Source of the DNA: Candidatus Uhrbacteria bacterium | GTDB lineage: Bacteria > Patescibacteriota > Patescibacteriia > JACQSD01 | DNA: 51,529 nt | Direction: 5' to 3' | NCBI GenBank assembly: GCA_016206165.1 | Contig: JACQSD010000018.1 | Span: 1 to 51,529 of the forward strand | In this document: piece after piece, positions 27,296 to 37,068 of the stretch | Position numbering within the stretch: position 1 is the stretch's first letter | Layout of the letters: every line of letters starts with the position of its first letter | The notes under the pieces: generated by a model | Databases searched by the model: none | What the model saw: the letters and a program-made list of their open reading frames with translations, nothing else | What the model was told of the DNA's origin: nothing | Translations under genes and position numbers: made by a program

Positions 27296-28258
27296 ATGCG
27301 TAAAAGTTTCATTATTGCAAGTTTCGTATTTCTCCCGCTTTTTGTGTCCGCAAGCGAATCGCCATGGACTGTGATGGCAGACGCGGCACGGGGAGGAGTA
27401 ACATCCGCCATCACTATTGATCAGAGTTCCGTATTTTCGTTTTCAACTTCACTCCTTGCCTTTGTTGCTGCTGGCGGAAGTCCAGATAGCGCGATCGTTC
27501 AGTCGTTTATCGACAAATATTATACAAACAACCAGATTGGCAATCTGGAATATCTCAACGATGATTTTTGGGGTATTCTTGCGCTACGATCTGCCGGGGT
27601 TCTCGCGTCGGATGCCGTGATCCGTGATGCGCGGTCGCTTATCGAGAAAGCGCAGCGCCCGAATGGGGGATGGAGTTGGAGTCCGACATATCCGGTCGCG
27701 GATACCGATGATACTGCAGCGGCGATCATGGCGCTGCTCGAGAGTGGCGCTGCACGCTCGGATGCATCGATACAAAAAGCATTGGGGTATATTCGCAGCG
27801 CACAGAATATAGATGGGGGATTTCCGAATGTCCCGCCAGCAACATCAAGCATCGAATCGACAGCATGGGTTGTCTCTGCGCTTTGGAAGGCAGGGGAGGA
27901 TCCGAAGACGTGGTCAAAGTCCGGAAAAGATCCGATGACGTATCTTCATGCGCAAGAGAAAAGTGATGGATCGTTTGGTGGAGCAGTGAGCACTGCGTAT
28001 GTCGTCATCGCGCTTGCAGGTAAATCGTATCCGGTGCGATCGTATGTCCCGCCGGTAATTCTTGAGGCTCCACAACAAGAAGAAGTCCCGCAACAGAAGA
28101 TACAATTGCCTCCACCAGAGCAGCCTTCGCCGGTTGTTGAGAAAGTTATCAAGAAACCAGTTGTTCAAAAAGTAATAAAAAAGATCATGAAGAAAGCAGT
28201 GAAGAAACCAAAGAAAACCTCACCCCCACCCTCTCCTAAAAGGAGAGGGAAGATATAG
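27296..28258 (+). CDS. Secreted prenyltransferase/squalene-cyclase-repeat (alpha/alpha barrel) protein, putative cobalamin-binding alpha domain
   Basis: Signal peptide; repeats Q..NGGW..DTDDTA.AI.AL, QN.DGGF..STAW..AL, ..DGSF..TAY..AL. Confidence 0.7.
   Translation: MRKSFIIASFVFLPLFVSASESPWTVMADAARGGVTSAITIDQSSVFSFSTSLLAFVAAGGSPDSAIVQSFIDKYYTNNQIGNLEYLNDDFWGILALRSAGVLASDAVIRDARSLIEKAQRPNGGWSWSPTYPVADTDDTAAAIMALLESGAARSDASIQKALGYIRSAQNIDGGFPNVPPATSSIESTAWVVSALWKAGEDPKTWSKSGKDPMTYLHAQEKSDGSFGGAVSTAYVVIALAGKSYPVRSYVPPVILEAPQQEEVPQQKIQLPPPEQPSPVVEKVIKKPVVQKVIKKIMKKAVKKPKKTSPPPSPKRRGKI
28217..28249. repeat. 33-bp BoxC-like repeat, copy 3 (reverse orientation), encoding the protein C-terminus
   Basis: ACCTCACCCCCACCCTCTCCTAAAAGGAGAGGG. 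Confidence 0.85.
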
Positions 28259-28261
28259 AGT

Positions 28262-28702
28262 ATGCTCACACGAGGATTAAAATTTTTCGGAGTCACACTC
28301 GTGCTCATCGGAGTAGGTTTCTTGCTTGGGTGGAGCGTGCAGGCGCCGACGCCTCTACAGCCGACAACATCCGATACGGGTGGAGCGCGTGTTGCCCACC
28401 TCATCATTGATGCGGATACTGGACATCTCCAAACATTCCCCAACGAACCGTTCTTTGCGGGCGCGACAGTTTTTGATATACTGAAAGCAGTGACGACACG
28501 AACATCAATGCCGTTTGTGTACGATCCGCCGGGCGCATATGGCGTCTTCATTCGGCAAATCGGCGGAAAGAAGAATGGAACAGAGAAAAAGTATTGGCAA
28601 TACTGGGTGAACGGGCAGTTTGCCATGGTCGCGGCAGATAAACAGGTTCTTCAATCAGGGGATACTCTATTATGGAAATTCACAGGAGAACAACAGGAAT
28701 AA
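28262..28702 (+). CDS. DUF4430 / transcobalamin-like C-terminal (beta) domain protein
   Basis: TVFDIL..YGVFI.QIGG..NG..YWQYWVNG..VAAD..L..GD..W. Confidence 0.8.
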   Translation: MLTRGLKFFGVTLVLIGVGFLLGWSVQAPTPLQPTTSDTGGARVAHLIIDADTGHLQTFPNEPFFAGATVFDILKAVTTRTSMPFVYDPPGAYGVFIRQIGGKKNGTEKKYWQYWVNGQFAMVAADKQVLQSGDTLLWKFTGEQQE

Positions 28703-29223
28703 TACTTGCCTTTGCTCTATTCATGGCTGTGGCAATCGCAGTGCGTTTGCTTCCTCATGCGCCAAATATGACGCCGCTCGGAGCGCTCGCATTAACCGCC
28801 GGTCTTTTCTTGCGAGGGCGGTGGACATGGGTGATACCGATGGCGGTGCTCTTTGCTACGGATCTCGTGCTCGGTGGGTATGCGTGGCCAGTGATGCTTG
28901 CGGTCTACGGCAGCTTTGCACTCATCACGTGGATTGGGCAACAACTGCGATCTGCGTCACGCCCAGCGCAGGTCATTGTTGGCTCGGCAAGTGCATCGCT
29001 CTTCTTTTTTCTCACCACCAACTTCGCAGTCTGGGCATGGACACCAATGTACGAGAAGACATGGAACGGACTCATGCTCTCGTATACACTCGCCATTCCC
29101 TTTTTTAGAAATATGTTTGTTGGGGATCTTTTTTATACCACATCTTTTATAGCAATCATTGTTGCCGTTCAACATCTTACAGCCGTGAAATATTTTTATG
29201 GAACAACCACCATCGGACATTAA
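28672..29223 (+). CDS. DUF6580-like membrane protein, putative ECF S-component / B12 transporter
   Basis: RLLPHAPNMTP, TD..LG.Y, FFLTTNFAVW..Y..GL..Y..AIPFFRN..GDL. Confidence 0.7.
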   Translation: MEIHRRTTGIILAFALFMAVAIAVRLLPHAPNMTPLGALALTAGLFLRGRWTWVIPMAVLFATDLVLGGYAWPVMLAVYGSFALITWIGQQLRSASRPAQVIVGSASASLFFFLTTNFAVWAWTPMYEKTWNGLMLSYTLAIPFFRNMFVGDLFYTTSFIAIIVAVQHLTAVKYFYGTTTIGH

Positions 29224-29512
29224 AGAACTGCTCGAGCGGAATATTGCGCTCGCGGAACAGATTTTGTATCATACGAAGAAGACGCACCGTCACCTTATGT
29301 GGGACAGCGCGTTCAGTGCGATCAAATGGGTGATTATTCTCGCTCCACTCCTCGCTGCTGCGTGGTACTTTCCAAAATATACGAAGGATATTGTTGGATT
29401 TACCACGGACATCGGAAAGCAGTTCGAGTTTATGCAGAAACAATTGGGACAGATTGGTGATCTTCAGAAACAGGCGGAACAAATGCAGAAACAAGTGCCG
29501 AAAAGAAAATAG
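29198..29512 (+). CDS. Hypothetical single-TM coiled-coil protein
   Basis: 104-aa ORF in the operon, one TM. Confidence 0.6.
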   Translation: MEQPPSDIKELLERNIALAEQILYHTKKTHRHLMWDSAFSAIKWVIILAPLLAAAWYFPKYTKDIVGFTTDIGKQFEFMQKQLGQIGDLQKQAEQMQKQVPKRK

Positions 29513-29515
29513 AAT

Positions 29516-30784
29516 ATGCTTTCACAAAATTCAAAGATTATACTTACATCAATTGCAGTGAGTGTCATCACTTCATTGCTCGTGAGTTGGTCCTTCATTG
29601 GTGGTCCACTTGCAAAGTATGTGCCGCGTGAGGACGCCGTGGTTGCTCCGCCGTCGCCAGGATCCGTTGTCGAGACGCAACAAGAGGTAAAAAAAGATGT
29701 TGTGGGAGTGAGCCCGAAAGAAGAAGAACAACGGACGATTGATGTGGTGAAGCGCATCTTGCCATCGGTCGTGAGCATTGTGATTTTACGTGATACTGCA
29801 CAACAATCGAGTGGGAGCGGAGTCAATCTTTTTCCATTTGATCAATTTTACGATTTTGGTGATTTTCCGTTTCCTTCACCAGTACAACCAAAGCAGGATC
29901 CCAAGAAAAAGGGAGGGAAAGAAGAAGTTGGTGGTGGCACAGGATTTATCATTTCATCTGACGGTCTTATTCTTTCGAATAAACATGTCCTTGGCATGGA
30001 CAACGCGGAATTCGTCGTCATCATGGTAGATGGGAAGCGATTGCCGCTCAAGGTGCTCGCCACAGATCCATTTAATGATCTTGCGATTGGGAAAATCGAA
30101 GGAAAAAATTTTCCCGCAGTGACGCTTGGAGATTCGGAGAAAATTCAAATCGGGCAGACCGTCATCGCGATTGGGAATTCACTCTCGCAATATCAGAATA
30201 CAGTGACGAAGGGAGTGATCTCTGGTATTGGGCGCCGCGTGATCGCGGGTGACATCACGGGAGTGACGGAGGTGATTGAAGGGGCGCTCCAAACGGATGC
30301 TGCTATTAACCCGGGAAATTCCGGTGGGCCACTCGTGAATCTCGATGGAGCTGTCGTTGGAATAAATACCGCAATTTCACGCGAGGGGCAGCTTATTAGC
30401 TTCGCGATTCCCATTAACGAAGCAAAACGTGGAATTACGAGTGTACAAAAAACGGGGAAAATTGCACGGAGCTGGCTTGGTGTGCGGTATACGGCAGTGA
30501 CGCGAGCGCTGAAAGAAGCAAACAATCTTGATATCGATTACGGCGCGCTCATCACGCGTGGGGGGCCGAATGAGCTCGCGGTTGTTCCTGGAGGGCCAGC
30601 GGACAAAGCAGGGTTGCTTGAAAATGATATTGTACTTGAGGTCAATGGTGTGCGCCTTGATGAAAGCCACGGTCTCTCACCCGAAATTGGAAAATATGAT
30701 CCTGGGGACGTCGTGACGCTCAAGGTGTTATCAAAGGGCAAGACAAAAACAATCAAAGTCACACTCGGAGAATTTAAAGGATAG
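29516..30784 (+). CDS. degP: HtrA/DegP-like serine protease with PDZ domain
   Basis: GTGFII, NKHV, DLA, QTDAAINPGNSGGPL, C-terminal PDZ. Confidence 0.92.
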   Translation: MLSQNSKIILTSIAVSVITSLLVSWSFIGGPLAKYVPREDAVVAPPSPGSVVETQQEVKKDVVGVSPKEEEQRTIDVVKRILPSVVSIVILRDTAQQSSGSGVNLFPFDQFYDFGDFPFPSPVQPKQDPKKKGGKEEVGGGTGFIISSDGLILSNKHVLGMDNAEFVVIMVDGKRLPLKVLATDPFNDLAIGKIEGKNFPAVTLGDSEKIQIGQTVIAIGNSLSQYQNTVTKGVISGIGRRVIAGDITGVTEVIEGALQTDAAINPGNSGGPLVNLDGAVVGINTAISREGQLISFAIPINEAKRGITSVQKTGKIARSWLGVRYTAVTRALKEANNLDIDYGALITRGGPNELAVVPGGPADKAGLLENDIVLEVNGVRLDESHGLSPEIGKYDPGDVVTLKVLSKGKTKTIKVTLGEFKG

Positions 30785-30786
30785 CC

Positions 30787-30866
30787 AGAACAGCGAGGTC
30801 AGTGAAGTAAGTGAAGACAGCTTTTACTGATACACTGTCTTTACTGATACACTGTCTTTACTTCAC
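30787..30866. repeat. Inverted 9-bp-period array, copy C
   Basis: aacagcgag gtcagtgaa gtaagtgaa gacag...tttactgatacactgtc x2. Confidence 0.8.
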
Positions 30867-30868
30867 CT

Positions 30869-31967
30869 ATGAGTATTTCTGATTTACTCAGTCGGATAGC
30901 CGCTCTCGCCCTGCGCGTCGAGAACACACGGGGGTTTCTTTGACATTGCTGGTAAGGGAAAAATAATTGCAGCGCTTGAAGGGGAAATGAGTCGCCCGGG
31001 ATTCTGGAATGATCAAGCACATGCGCGCGATGTGAGTCAACGCGTTGCCGCACTCAAAAATGAAGTTGAGCGATGGGATCACATGGTGCATGAGGTTGAG
31101 GCGCTCCGCGAGATTGGTGAACTCGACGCAAAAGATCCGACGGTGACCCTCCGGCCAGAGATGGAAAAACGACTCGACGAACTTGAGCGCGAGTTTGAGC
31201 AGCTCGAGTTTTTTGTCTTATTCTCTGGGCCGTATGATGCGAACCCAGCGATCCTCGCGATTCATGCGGGGACAGGCGGGACAGAAGCGCAAGATTGGGC
31301 TGCGATGCTCTTGCGCATGTATCTCCGGTTTTGTGAAGCGAAGGGGTTTCGCGCGACTGTCATTGATGAGCACCGTGGGCAAGAAGCAGGTATGAAGAGC
31401 GTTGTGGTTGAAGTCGAAGGCGCATATAGTTATGGATGGCTGCGATCAGAACATGGCGTTCACCGTCTCGTCCGTATTTCTCCATTTGATGCTGAAAAAA
31501 TGCGACACACAAGTTTTGCGCTTGTTGAAGTGATGCCAGAACTTGGTGCATTACTCGAGGTTGAAATCAAGCCCGAGGATATCAAAATGGAGGGGTTTCG
31601 TTCCTCCGGGCATGGGGGGCAAAACGTGCAAAAGGTAGAAACTGCTGTTCGTATCACGCATATTCCGACAGGTATTGTCGTTGCGTGTCAAAGCGAACGG
31701 TCGCAAGCGCAGAATCGCGAGAATGCGATGAAGATTTTGAAAGCGAAACTGCACATGCGGTTTTTGCAGGAGCAAGAGCGAGAGAAGCAAAAGATCCGCG
31801 GCGCGTATCATGAAGCAGCGTGGGGGAATCAAATCCGTTCGTATGTGCTCCATCCCTATCATCTCGTGAAAGATCATCGGACAGAGGCAGAAACACAGGA
31901 TACGGATGCGGTGCTCGACGGAAAGATTGACATCTTCATTGAGGCATATTTGAAGCATAAAGAATAG
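30869..31967 (+). CDS. prfB: Peptide chain release factor 2, with a programmed +1 frameshift at 30938-30944
   Basis: ATG 30869 is in frame to GGGGG-TTT-CTT-TGA-C; the +1 frame continues into the ORF with SPF, GGQ and QIRSY motifs. Confidence 0.96.
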
Positions 31968-31970
31968 GAT

Positions 31971-32052
31971 TGCGGGTCCTGTCGCTTCGCACCCCCATCG
32001 CGCTCACTCTCGTTGCGCGCGAATGGGGGACCCCCGCTCCGCGCCACCCGCA
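31971..32052. other. GC-rich nested hairpin element (intergenic)
   Basis: TGCGGGT...ACCCGCA enclosing CCCCCAT-CGCGC..GCGCG-AATGGGGG. Confidence 0.5.
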
Positions 32053-32062
32053 CACAAAAAAT

Positions 32063-32986
32063 ATGAAACGATATCTTGTTACTGGTGGAGCTGGGTTTGT
32101 GGGGTCGCATCTTGTTGACTACTTGTTATCACGCGGACACACAGTCCGCGTTCTTGATAATTTTTCGACAGGGAAACGTGAACGCATTCCGAATGGCGTT
32201 GAGATTGTTGAGGCAGATATTCGTGATCAGAAAGCGATTGCGTCTGCGTTTGTCGGTGTCGACGGTGTTTTTCACCTTGCTGCGCTCCCGAGCGTCCAGG
32301 TTTCCCTTGAGCACCCAGAGGAAACACATGCGGTGAATGTCACCGGAACAGTGAACGTACTGCTCGCGAGCCGCGACGCGCGAGTCCCTCGCATTGTCTA
32401 TGCAGCATCGTGCGCTGCATATGGCGATCAAGCAACGTTGCCGTGTCATGAGGGGATGACGCCGCATCCAAATACTCCGTACGCACTCCAAAAATATATT
32501 GGTGAGCAGTATGTGCAACTCTTTTCCACGTGCTACGGATTACAGACGGTTGCCCTTCGTTTTTTTAATATCTATGGACCGCAATTACCATTCCACGGCG
32601 CATACGCTTCGGTCATTGGTATCTTTCTCAAACAACAATCAAGTGGTCAGGCACTCACGATCACCGGAGATGGGAAACAAACCAGAGATTTTGTCTATGT
32701 TGAGGACATTGTGCGCGCACTCCTCGCGGCGATGGAAAGCCCGCACGTCGGTACAGGCGAGGTGATCAATATCGGAAGCGGCGTCGAGACGTCGGTGAAC
32801 GCGGTTGCGGATCTTTTTGGTGGTCAACGGGAATATATTGCCCCGCGCGTCGAACTACGTGCGATCCGTGCAAACATTGATCGAGCGAACACGCTCCTCG
32901 GATGGAGCCCAGAGATATCATTTGCCGATGGGATGCAGCGCACGATGGAATGGTTTGCGCGTGCGATGCCATCGCAACGACCATGA
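32063..32986 (+). CDS. NAD-dependent epimerase/dehydratase (GalE/WbpP-like extended SDR)
   Basis: TGGAGFVG, HLAA, YALQK (YxxxK), LRFFNIYGP, GDGKQTRDF. Confidence 0.92.
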   Translation: MKRYLVTGGAGFVGSHLVDYLLSRGHTVRVLDNFSTGKRERIPNGVEIVEADIRDQKAIASAFVGVDGVFHLAALPSVQVSLEHPEETHAVNVTGTVNVLLASRDARVPRIVYAASCAAYGDQATLPCHEGMTPHPNTPYALQKYIGEQYVQLFSTCYGLQTVALRFFNIYGPQLPFHGAYASVIGIFLKQQSSGQALTITGDGKQTRDFVYVEDIVRALLAAMESPHVGTGEVINIGSGVETSVNAVADLFGGQREYIAPRVELRAIRANIDRANTLLGWSPEISFADGMQRTMEWFARAMPSQRP

Positions 32987-33046
32987 CGAGTGCCGTTACA
33001 AATTTGTTTTACTCGTTGATACCCATCACATATCATCCATTCTTTA

Positions 33047-34576
33047 ATGAATATTTCACGTACTGAACCAGCAGATTTAATTTGTAACGGTACGAGCGCA
33101 CAATGTTTACGATGGATCTGTTGTGGTATTCTTGTGGGAGTTGTTGCAGCAACGTTTATTCCGTGGCTGTGGTCAATTGATCCATGGTTGATTGCGAGCA
33201 CCGCTCTTGGTGTTTTTTTGTTTGCCATAGTTTTTTCTGATCGACGGAGCATATATTTTCTTTTTCTCGCCTTCCTTTTGCTTGGTGTTGCTCGTTTTGT
33301 CACAATGCTTCCGCATTCAACAACCACCGCGATTGATCGCAGGGGAGTTGTTCAACGTGTGCAACCTGAACGTTTCGGAGCGGTGAGTCTTGTCGTCGAT
33401 TTTGGAGACGCAGAGAAGCTGCTTGTCCGTTCGGTGCGTGGCACATTCACGTACGGAGACGCGGTGCGCGTTGTTTGTATTCCGGGAATGATTGAAGATA
33501 TACGGGGAGCACCACTCGACTTTTCACTCGCAAGCCGCGGAGTATTTTTTGAGTGCGCGGAGAGCCGGATTACTTTGCTTGACCACAATGAAGGAAATCC
33601 CGTGTTCCATGCGCTCTATCGCTTCCGTGATACGTTGCAGCGTGTGACACATCGTTTTCTTTCTGAACCAGCATCGAGTCTTTTTTCTGGGATTCTCTTG
33701 GGAATTCAGGAAACGATTCCCACACCACTCAAACAGGCATTTGTGCGAACGAGCCTCGTGCATATTCTTGTTGTCTCTGGATCGCATATGGTCATCCTTA
33801 GCGAATATCTCACCCTCTTTTTTCTCCTCTTTGGATTCTCTCCACGCGTCCGAGGAATATTAACGCTCGTTATTCTTTTTCTTTTTGTCGCATCCATTGG
33901 GTTTCCGGCAAGTGCGGTGCGCGGGCTTTGGTTTGCGGTACTGCTTACCCTTGCAATGATCCTTGGGCGCATGCGTGTGGTGACGACCGCGCTTCTTGGT
34001 ACCGCAGGAATCATGATATTGTGGAATCCTTTTTTGATTCGCGACCTCGGATTCCAACTTTCATTCCTCGCAACAATTGGTATCGGGATTGTTGCCCCGC
34101 GTGTCGAGCTTTTGTGGGAGCGTTTTCGCGCGTGGCTCGCAACGTGGCGGAGTGCGCCATCCGCACACAAAAAGCGTAAAAAGACCTGGTTCCATGAAGT
34201 CGTTCTGCGCCCATGCGTACAATTTTTTTCACAAACGACGTTTGCGACGATTGGGGCAATCATCATGACCGCTCCACTCATCGCATCGACATTTGGTCAA
34301 TTCTCCATTGTCGCTCCATTTGCGAATGTCATCGTGCTTTGGATACTCCAACCGATGATGGCGCTTGGGATCATCTTTCTGCTCGTTGCATGGGTAACGC
34401 CGCTCGCGTGGATCATTGCGAGCATACTCATTGCGCTCTTACAACTCATTGTGATCGTTGTCCAATTTTTTGGATCATTTCCGTTCGCGCAAATCACCAT
34501 GGAGCGATCATGGATGATCAGCATTGTTCTCTATAGTGTAATATTTTTATGGATCAGGAAAAGCAATCCGCGATAG
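33047..34576 (+). CDS. comEC: ComEC/Rec2 competence channel domain
   Basis: HILVVSGSH, ASAVR, DLGFQLSFLAT, PFAN; polytopic membrane protein. Confidence 0.9.
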   Translation: MNISRTEPADLICNGTSAQCLRWICCGILVGVVAATFIPWLWSIDPWLIASTALGVFLFAIVFSDRRSIYFLFLAFLLLGVARFVTMLPHSTTTAIDRRGVVQRVQPERFGAVSLVVDFGDAEKLLVRSVRGTFTYGDAVRVVCIPGMIEDIRGAPLDFSLASRGVFFECAESRITLLDHNEGNPVFHALYRFRDTLQRVTHRFLSEPASSLFSGILLGIQETIPTPLKQAFVRTSLVHILVVSGSHMVILSEYLTLFFLLFGFSPRVRGILTLVILFLFVASIGFPASAVRGLWFAVLLTLAMILGRMRVVTTALLGTAGIMILWNPFLIRDLGFQLSFLATIGIGIVAPRVELLWERFRAWLATWRSAPSAHKKRKKTWFHEVVLRPCVQFFSQTTFATIGAIIMTAPLIASTFGQFSIVAPFANVIVLWILQPMMALGIIFLLVAWVTPLAWIIASILIALLQLIVIVVQFFGSFPFAQITMERSWMISIVLYSVIFLWIRKSNPR

Positions 34577-35469
34577 TGAGTGGAATGCGATGGGTTTCCA
34601 CATGGGCGCGGCAACGAAAAACACACACGATGCTCATCATCGTGGGATGTATGCTCCTCCTCACCCTTGCGACACTTGGGTATGATGGTGTTCGCGTTCT
34701 CCGCGATCGTGGAAAACTCGTGGTGTATAGCCTCGATGTCGGGCAAGGAGATGCGCTCTTCGTTCGGTTCCCGAATGCAACGACGATGCTTATTGATAGC
34801 GGGCCTGATGGGAGCGTCGTTGAGCAGCTCGGGAGCGTCCTTCCATTTTGGGAGCGACACATTGATACGATTGTGCTCACACACCCACAAGCAGATCATG
34901 TCGGTGGATTGCCGTCCGTCTTCGAGCGGTATTCGATTGGTCGCGTGGTTATGACTGGTGTTTTGCATACCACGCCAGAGTATCTTGAGTTGCTCCAACA
35001 AATTCGTGATACTCGTACGCCAACAACGATCGTTGATCACCCGTTTGTGGAAACAGTCGGTTCGGTGCGTCTTGAATATCTGTGGCCACGAACATCAATT
35101 GCAAAGCGCAGTGTTCCGGAGTTGAACAATACGTCGATTATCCTGCGCATGGTCTATGGCGACACATCTTTTTTATTCACCGGAGATGCGGAATCGGTCG
35201 TTGAAGATGCGCTTTTTGCGAGTCGCCAGAAGCTAGAAGCTACCGTGCTCAAGATTGGGCATCATGGGAGTGATACATCCACGAGCCAGGCATTTCTTGA
35301 TGCAGTACACCCCGAGTTCGCGATGATTTCTGTCGGTCGAAAGAATAAATTTGGTCATCCCTCGCGTCGTATTCTCCGTCGTCTCGCCCGCGCTGGTGTC
35401 GAAGTCCATCGCACAGACAAAGAGGGGAGAATTCGGTTCGTGAGCGATGGGACACGCGTAACGCAGTAA
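34549..35469 (+). CDS. ComEC-associated metallo-beta-lactamase-fold protein (split ComEC); start uncertain
   Basis: LDVGQGDA, THPQADHVGG, NNTS, FTGD, KIGHHGS, FGHP, RTD. Confidence 0.9.
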   Translation: MDQEKQSAIVSGMRWVSTWARQRKTHTMLIIVGCMLLLTLATLGYDGVRVLRDRGKLVVYSLDVGQGDALFVRFPNATTMLIDSGPDGSVVEQLGSVLPFWERHIDTIVLTHPQADHVGGLPSVFERYSIGRVVMTGVLHTTPEYLELLQQIRDTRTPTTIVDHPFVETVGSVRLEYLWPRTSIAKRSVPELNNTSIILRMVYGDTSFLFTGDAESVVEDALFASRQKLEATVLKIGHHGSDTSTSQAFLDAVHPEFAMISVGRKNKFGHPSRRILRRLARAGVEVHRTDKEGRIRFVSDGTRVTQ

Positions 35470-35543
35470 CAATCCTTTACAGAAAGAGGAAAGATTGCTA
35501 CTCTCTCCTCGTACTGGTTATCGAACGCACATCACAACAACCC

Positions 35544-35777
35544 ATGGGAGAGGAGATTGTCATGAGTATACGATTCGTGTATGTAGGAAACAGGAAATCG
35601 CGAGGGGCGCTTTCGGATCCGAAGGCTCTACCCGTTGATCAGGCGCAGAAGGCGTCGCGCATCACCGGGGGTTGTTCCTCCACGTTTACTGTCAGCAGTC
35701 TGGACTGTCCGCTTTGCCTCCGGTATCCCGGATTCGAGGAAGACATTGCCCTCGACCTCGATATGGGCTGGTTCTAA
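35544..35777 (+). CDS. Hypothetical protein
   Basis: Short ORF with GGAG SD (likely start 35562); GC-rich codon style. Confidence 0.4.
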   Translation: MGEEIVMSIRFVYVGNRKSRGALSDPKALPVDQAQKASRITGGCSSTFTVSSLDCPLCLRYPGFEEDIALDLDMGWF

Positions 35778-35801
35778 GCCCACAAGGAAAGGAAACGAAA
35801 G

Positions 35802-35990
35802 ATGAAGCCTTCGGATAAGGAAGATGGAAAGGATGCTCCGGAGCATGGACTCCGTGCGGTCGCGCGAGCCCTCAAGGAGATGCCGAGAGATCCCGGTCCT
35901 ATCGAGGAAACGGTGCATGTGTCGGACGGATTCCATACCTTCTACCACGGCCCCGTCAGCGGCTGTCCTTCGCACTTTCTCGATCCATGA
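35802..35990 (+). CDS. Hypothetical protein
   Basis: 62-aa ORF preceded by AAGGAAAGGA. Confidence 0.4.
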   Translation: MKPSDKEDGKDAPEHGLRAVARALKEMPRDPGPIEETVHVSDGFHTFYHGPVSGCPSHFLDP

Positions 35991-36002
35991 TCGATGAGAC
36001 TC

Positions 36003-36117
36003 GTCACGAAGAGGCCCGGTTTCTTCGTGCCCCACAACACCCTCGCAACGACGAGGGTCATCGGCCACAGACATCAACCGCCGGCTTCTCATGGAGAGGA
36101 GCCGGCTTTCTTTTTTC
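36003..36117 (+). repeat. ~115-nt three-hairpin 3' module ending in a terminator, copy 1
   Basis: CACGAAGA..TTCTTCGTG; ACCCTCG..CGAGGGT; GCCGGCTTC..GGAGCCGGC plus T tract; highly similar to 38079-38195. Confidence 0.8.
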
Positions 36118-36410
36118 ACTTTCAAGAGATAATGGAAAATTCGTAAGGCTGAAAATTGAGTCTTGGGCAATATCGACTAGGGTATAGAGTGATTGTCTAT
36201 ACTGCGGCTATAGTCAAACGTCTCAATGCCATCCTGATCTCAACAATCCACAACCAATACCAGCGGTTTTCTTAGAGATGCTGCAACAAGTCAGAATAAC
36301 AACCTCGTAAAACAGCCTTACAGATTTACCATTAGACCCACTTCAACATCATTGTAGCTACAAAGTATACACTGCCCATACACTGCTCAATAGTGAGAAA
36401 AACGAAAAAA

Positions 36411-36438
36411 CACTTTATGTCCGGTCGGACATAAAGTG
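36411..36438. promoter_or_regulatory. Palindrome copy 2
   Basis: CACTTTATGTCCG-GT-CGGACATAAAGTG. Confidence 0.65.
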
Positions 36439-36487
36439 AAAATGATGCATTTGTCATCAGTACAATAGTGGAAGAGTTTTTTGGTGT

Positions 36488-37054
36488 TTATTGCATCGAT
36501 ACATTGTGTGCGCGGAAGACGCGCACCCAGCGTTCACTTTTTGTATCTCTGATAAACTCTCGCATTGCGTCGAGGACGTCGCATCCGTGCATCCAGACAC
36601 TCTTTTGGAGTTGCGTAAATTTGCACTGTTTCAGGAAGAGACGAAATTGACGCCGTACGCGCCGCTCCCGTTCTGGAACATCAAAGATAACAATGATACA
36701 TTCATTGCTCATGCACGCCGGTGCGGTATGCATGCGCTCCTTTAGCACGAGATGTTTTCCTTTCTCGGTGAGGGCAATATAGACACGCTTCCCCACACGT
36801 CGCTCCTCAATCCACCGTCGCTCTTTTAGTTTTTCGAGGAGCATTTTTTGATACCGTTGTTCGTCGTGAGCCCAGAATTCCCGGACGCGGTCGATATCAC
36901 CGTGGGTAAGTATTTTCCTGTCTCTTGGTGAGAGGAGTGCAAGGTTGACATCAACAAAGTTGACGAGCCCGCGGTGCATACATCTCGCGAGTGCCACGAG
37001 GAATTGCTTTGCTATCGATGGAGTCCTTTTTTTCTGTGGAGAATGGTTTTTCAT
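36488..37054 (-). CDS. PaaX-like wHTH + Cas2/VapD-like domain protein (start 37054 or 37084)
   Basis: L..RRWI..YIALTEKG (wHTH wing), then IVIFDVPERER..R..FR..LK..F.QLQKSVW. Confidence 0.8.
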   Translation of the reverse strand: MKNHSPQKKRTPSIAKQFLVALARCMHRGLVNFVDVNLALLSPRDRKILTHGDIDRVREFWAHDEQRYQKMLLEKLKERRWIEERRVGKRVYIALTEKGKHLVLKERMHTAPACMSNECIIVIFDVPERERRVRRQFRLFLKQCKFTQLQKSVWMHGCDVLDAMREFIRDTKSERWVRVFRAHNVSMQ

Positions 37055-37068
37055 ATTATTTTCAAAAC

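Noticed and set aside
33047..35469. Split ComEC as a frameshifted pseudogene
   Set aside because: The second ORF has its own N-terminal TM and intact motifs; two-gene ComEC is a known arrangement.
36488..37054. CRISPR-Cas locus suggested by the Cas2-like motif
   Set aside because: No cas1 or other cas genes and no repeat-spacer array in the window; the domain is fused to a wHTH.
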